Shown: one piece after another, positions 63,448-64,000 of the stretch
How positions within the stretch are numbered: position 1 is the first letter of the stretch
Layout of the letters: every line of letters starts with the position of its first letter
Source of the DNA: a bacterium
GTDB taxonomy: Bacteria; Zhuqueibacterota; Zhuqueibacteria; Zhuqueibacterales; Zhuqueibacteraceae
Direction of reading: 5' to 3'
NCBI GenBank assembly: GCA_044869275.1
Contig: JBIOXB010000223.1
Location: 96,001-160,000, forward strand
DNA length: 64,000 bases
Notes under the pieces: model-generated
What the model was told of the DNA's origin: nothing
What the model saw: only the letters and a program-made list of their open reading frames with translations
The model's database searches: none
Translations under genes and position numbers: made by a program

Positions 63448-64000
63448 TCACCGCACGCTGAACAAGCTCGTAAAGCTCGCGGCCGCGAGCATAAATTGCG
63501 CCCTACCGCTGACGACCGGAATACGCTTGCCTTCCTTCATGCCACGCCCGCTATCCGTGACGTAAATGCGCAACTGATTCATGCCGGCCGGCAGTCCGGT
63601 GACCGTGGCCGGCCGGGCCGCGCCGTTGTTGACGATATGCACCGCATACTTGCCATTGGCGAGGTCGCCGAAAGCGGCACTGGTGAGGCCGGAATGGTCA
63701 CACGTGATGGGCAAAGCAAAGGACCGCGCCGGCGTCGCCGCGAGCTGCTTGAGATTCCAGAACCGCTGCGTGGGACGAAGTGATTCCTTATCGTTGCCAA
63801 AAACGCCACCGCCTGCCAGGATGGAATAGTCGGCGGTCAACTGCCATTGCAGAATCGCCCTGGGCTGGCTGAGAGCGCAGATACGCGTGTAGAGGTTGAT
63901 TTCATGGAGCGCGAACGAAGGCTCATCAAAGATCTCGGGATAGGTCCAGGCAGCCGCGTCCGTACTGCCTTCGCCGACCAATAAAGGAACGTTCAATTCT
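63448..64000 (-). CDS. C-terminal part of a probable glycoside hydrolase (GH30/GH59-like beta-sandwich end), 5' end outside window
   Basis: VPLLVGE, LQWQL, RFWNLKQL, AVHIVN and SFTSL segments. Confidence 0.6.
   Translation of the reverse strand, partial: ELNVPLLVGEGSTDAAAWTYPEIFDEPSFALHEINLYTRICALSQPRAILQWQLTADYSILAGGGVFGNDKESLRPTQRFWNLKQLAATPARSFALPITCDHSGLTSAAFGDLANGKYAVHIVNNGAARPATVTGLPAGMNQLRIYVTDSGRGMKEGKRIPVVSGRAQFMLAAASFTSLFSVR

Overview
A bacterial chromosomal window, moderately GC-rich by eye. The 16S rRNA, the many PNPFNP-type C-terminal sorting domains, the Ser/Thr kinase-TPR gene and the repeat style suggest an FCB-related lineage such as candidate division KSB1 or Calditrichota (inference, not database-checked). 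In order: (1) a signalling cluster (His-kinase HATPase ends, a receiver protein, a REC-PP2C/RsbU phosphatase and a beta-propeller/Y_Y_Y/GAF sensor kinase); (2) a Cys-less SUMF1/FGE-fold secreted protein paired with a secreted GGxGDG-motif/CTD protein; (3) an OmpA protein with Ca-binding repeats; (4) a complete rrn operon (16S, tRNA-Ile, tRNA-Ala, 23S, 5S); (5) two toxin-antitoxin loci, one with a nonsense-mutated BrnT; (6) a sigma54-type promoter in front of a metalloprotease-PD40-Omp85 gene, then a kinase, a dipeptidase and DUF937; (7) a ~14 kb copper cluster with no transcription factor (Cys-rich leader ORF, CusCBA-like efflux, NosL-like protein, dihaem cytochrome c, Tat+CTD multicopper oxidase, CopB, an unannotated 58-aa Cys/His protein, HMA protein); (8) a GT2-DUF4922-SpoIID-Ala/Gly symporter operon; (9) a partly decayed beta-mannan/glucan utilisation locus. 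Intergenic DNA is full of short palindromic elements with 7/8/9-nt periodic arms and MITEs. One MITE has inserted twice into the same site of a REP-like element. Best novel-system candidates: the FGE-fold + GGxGDG pair, the leader-peptide-type control of the copper cluster, and the nested REP-targeting MITEs.
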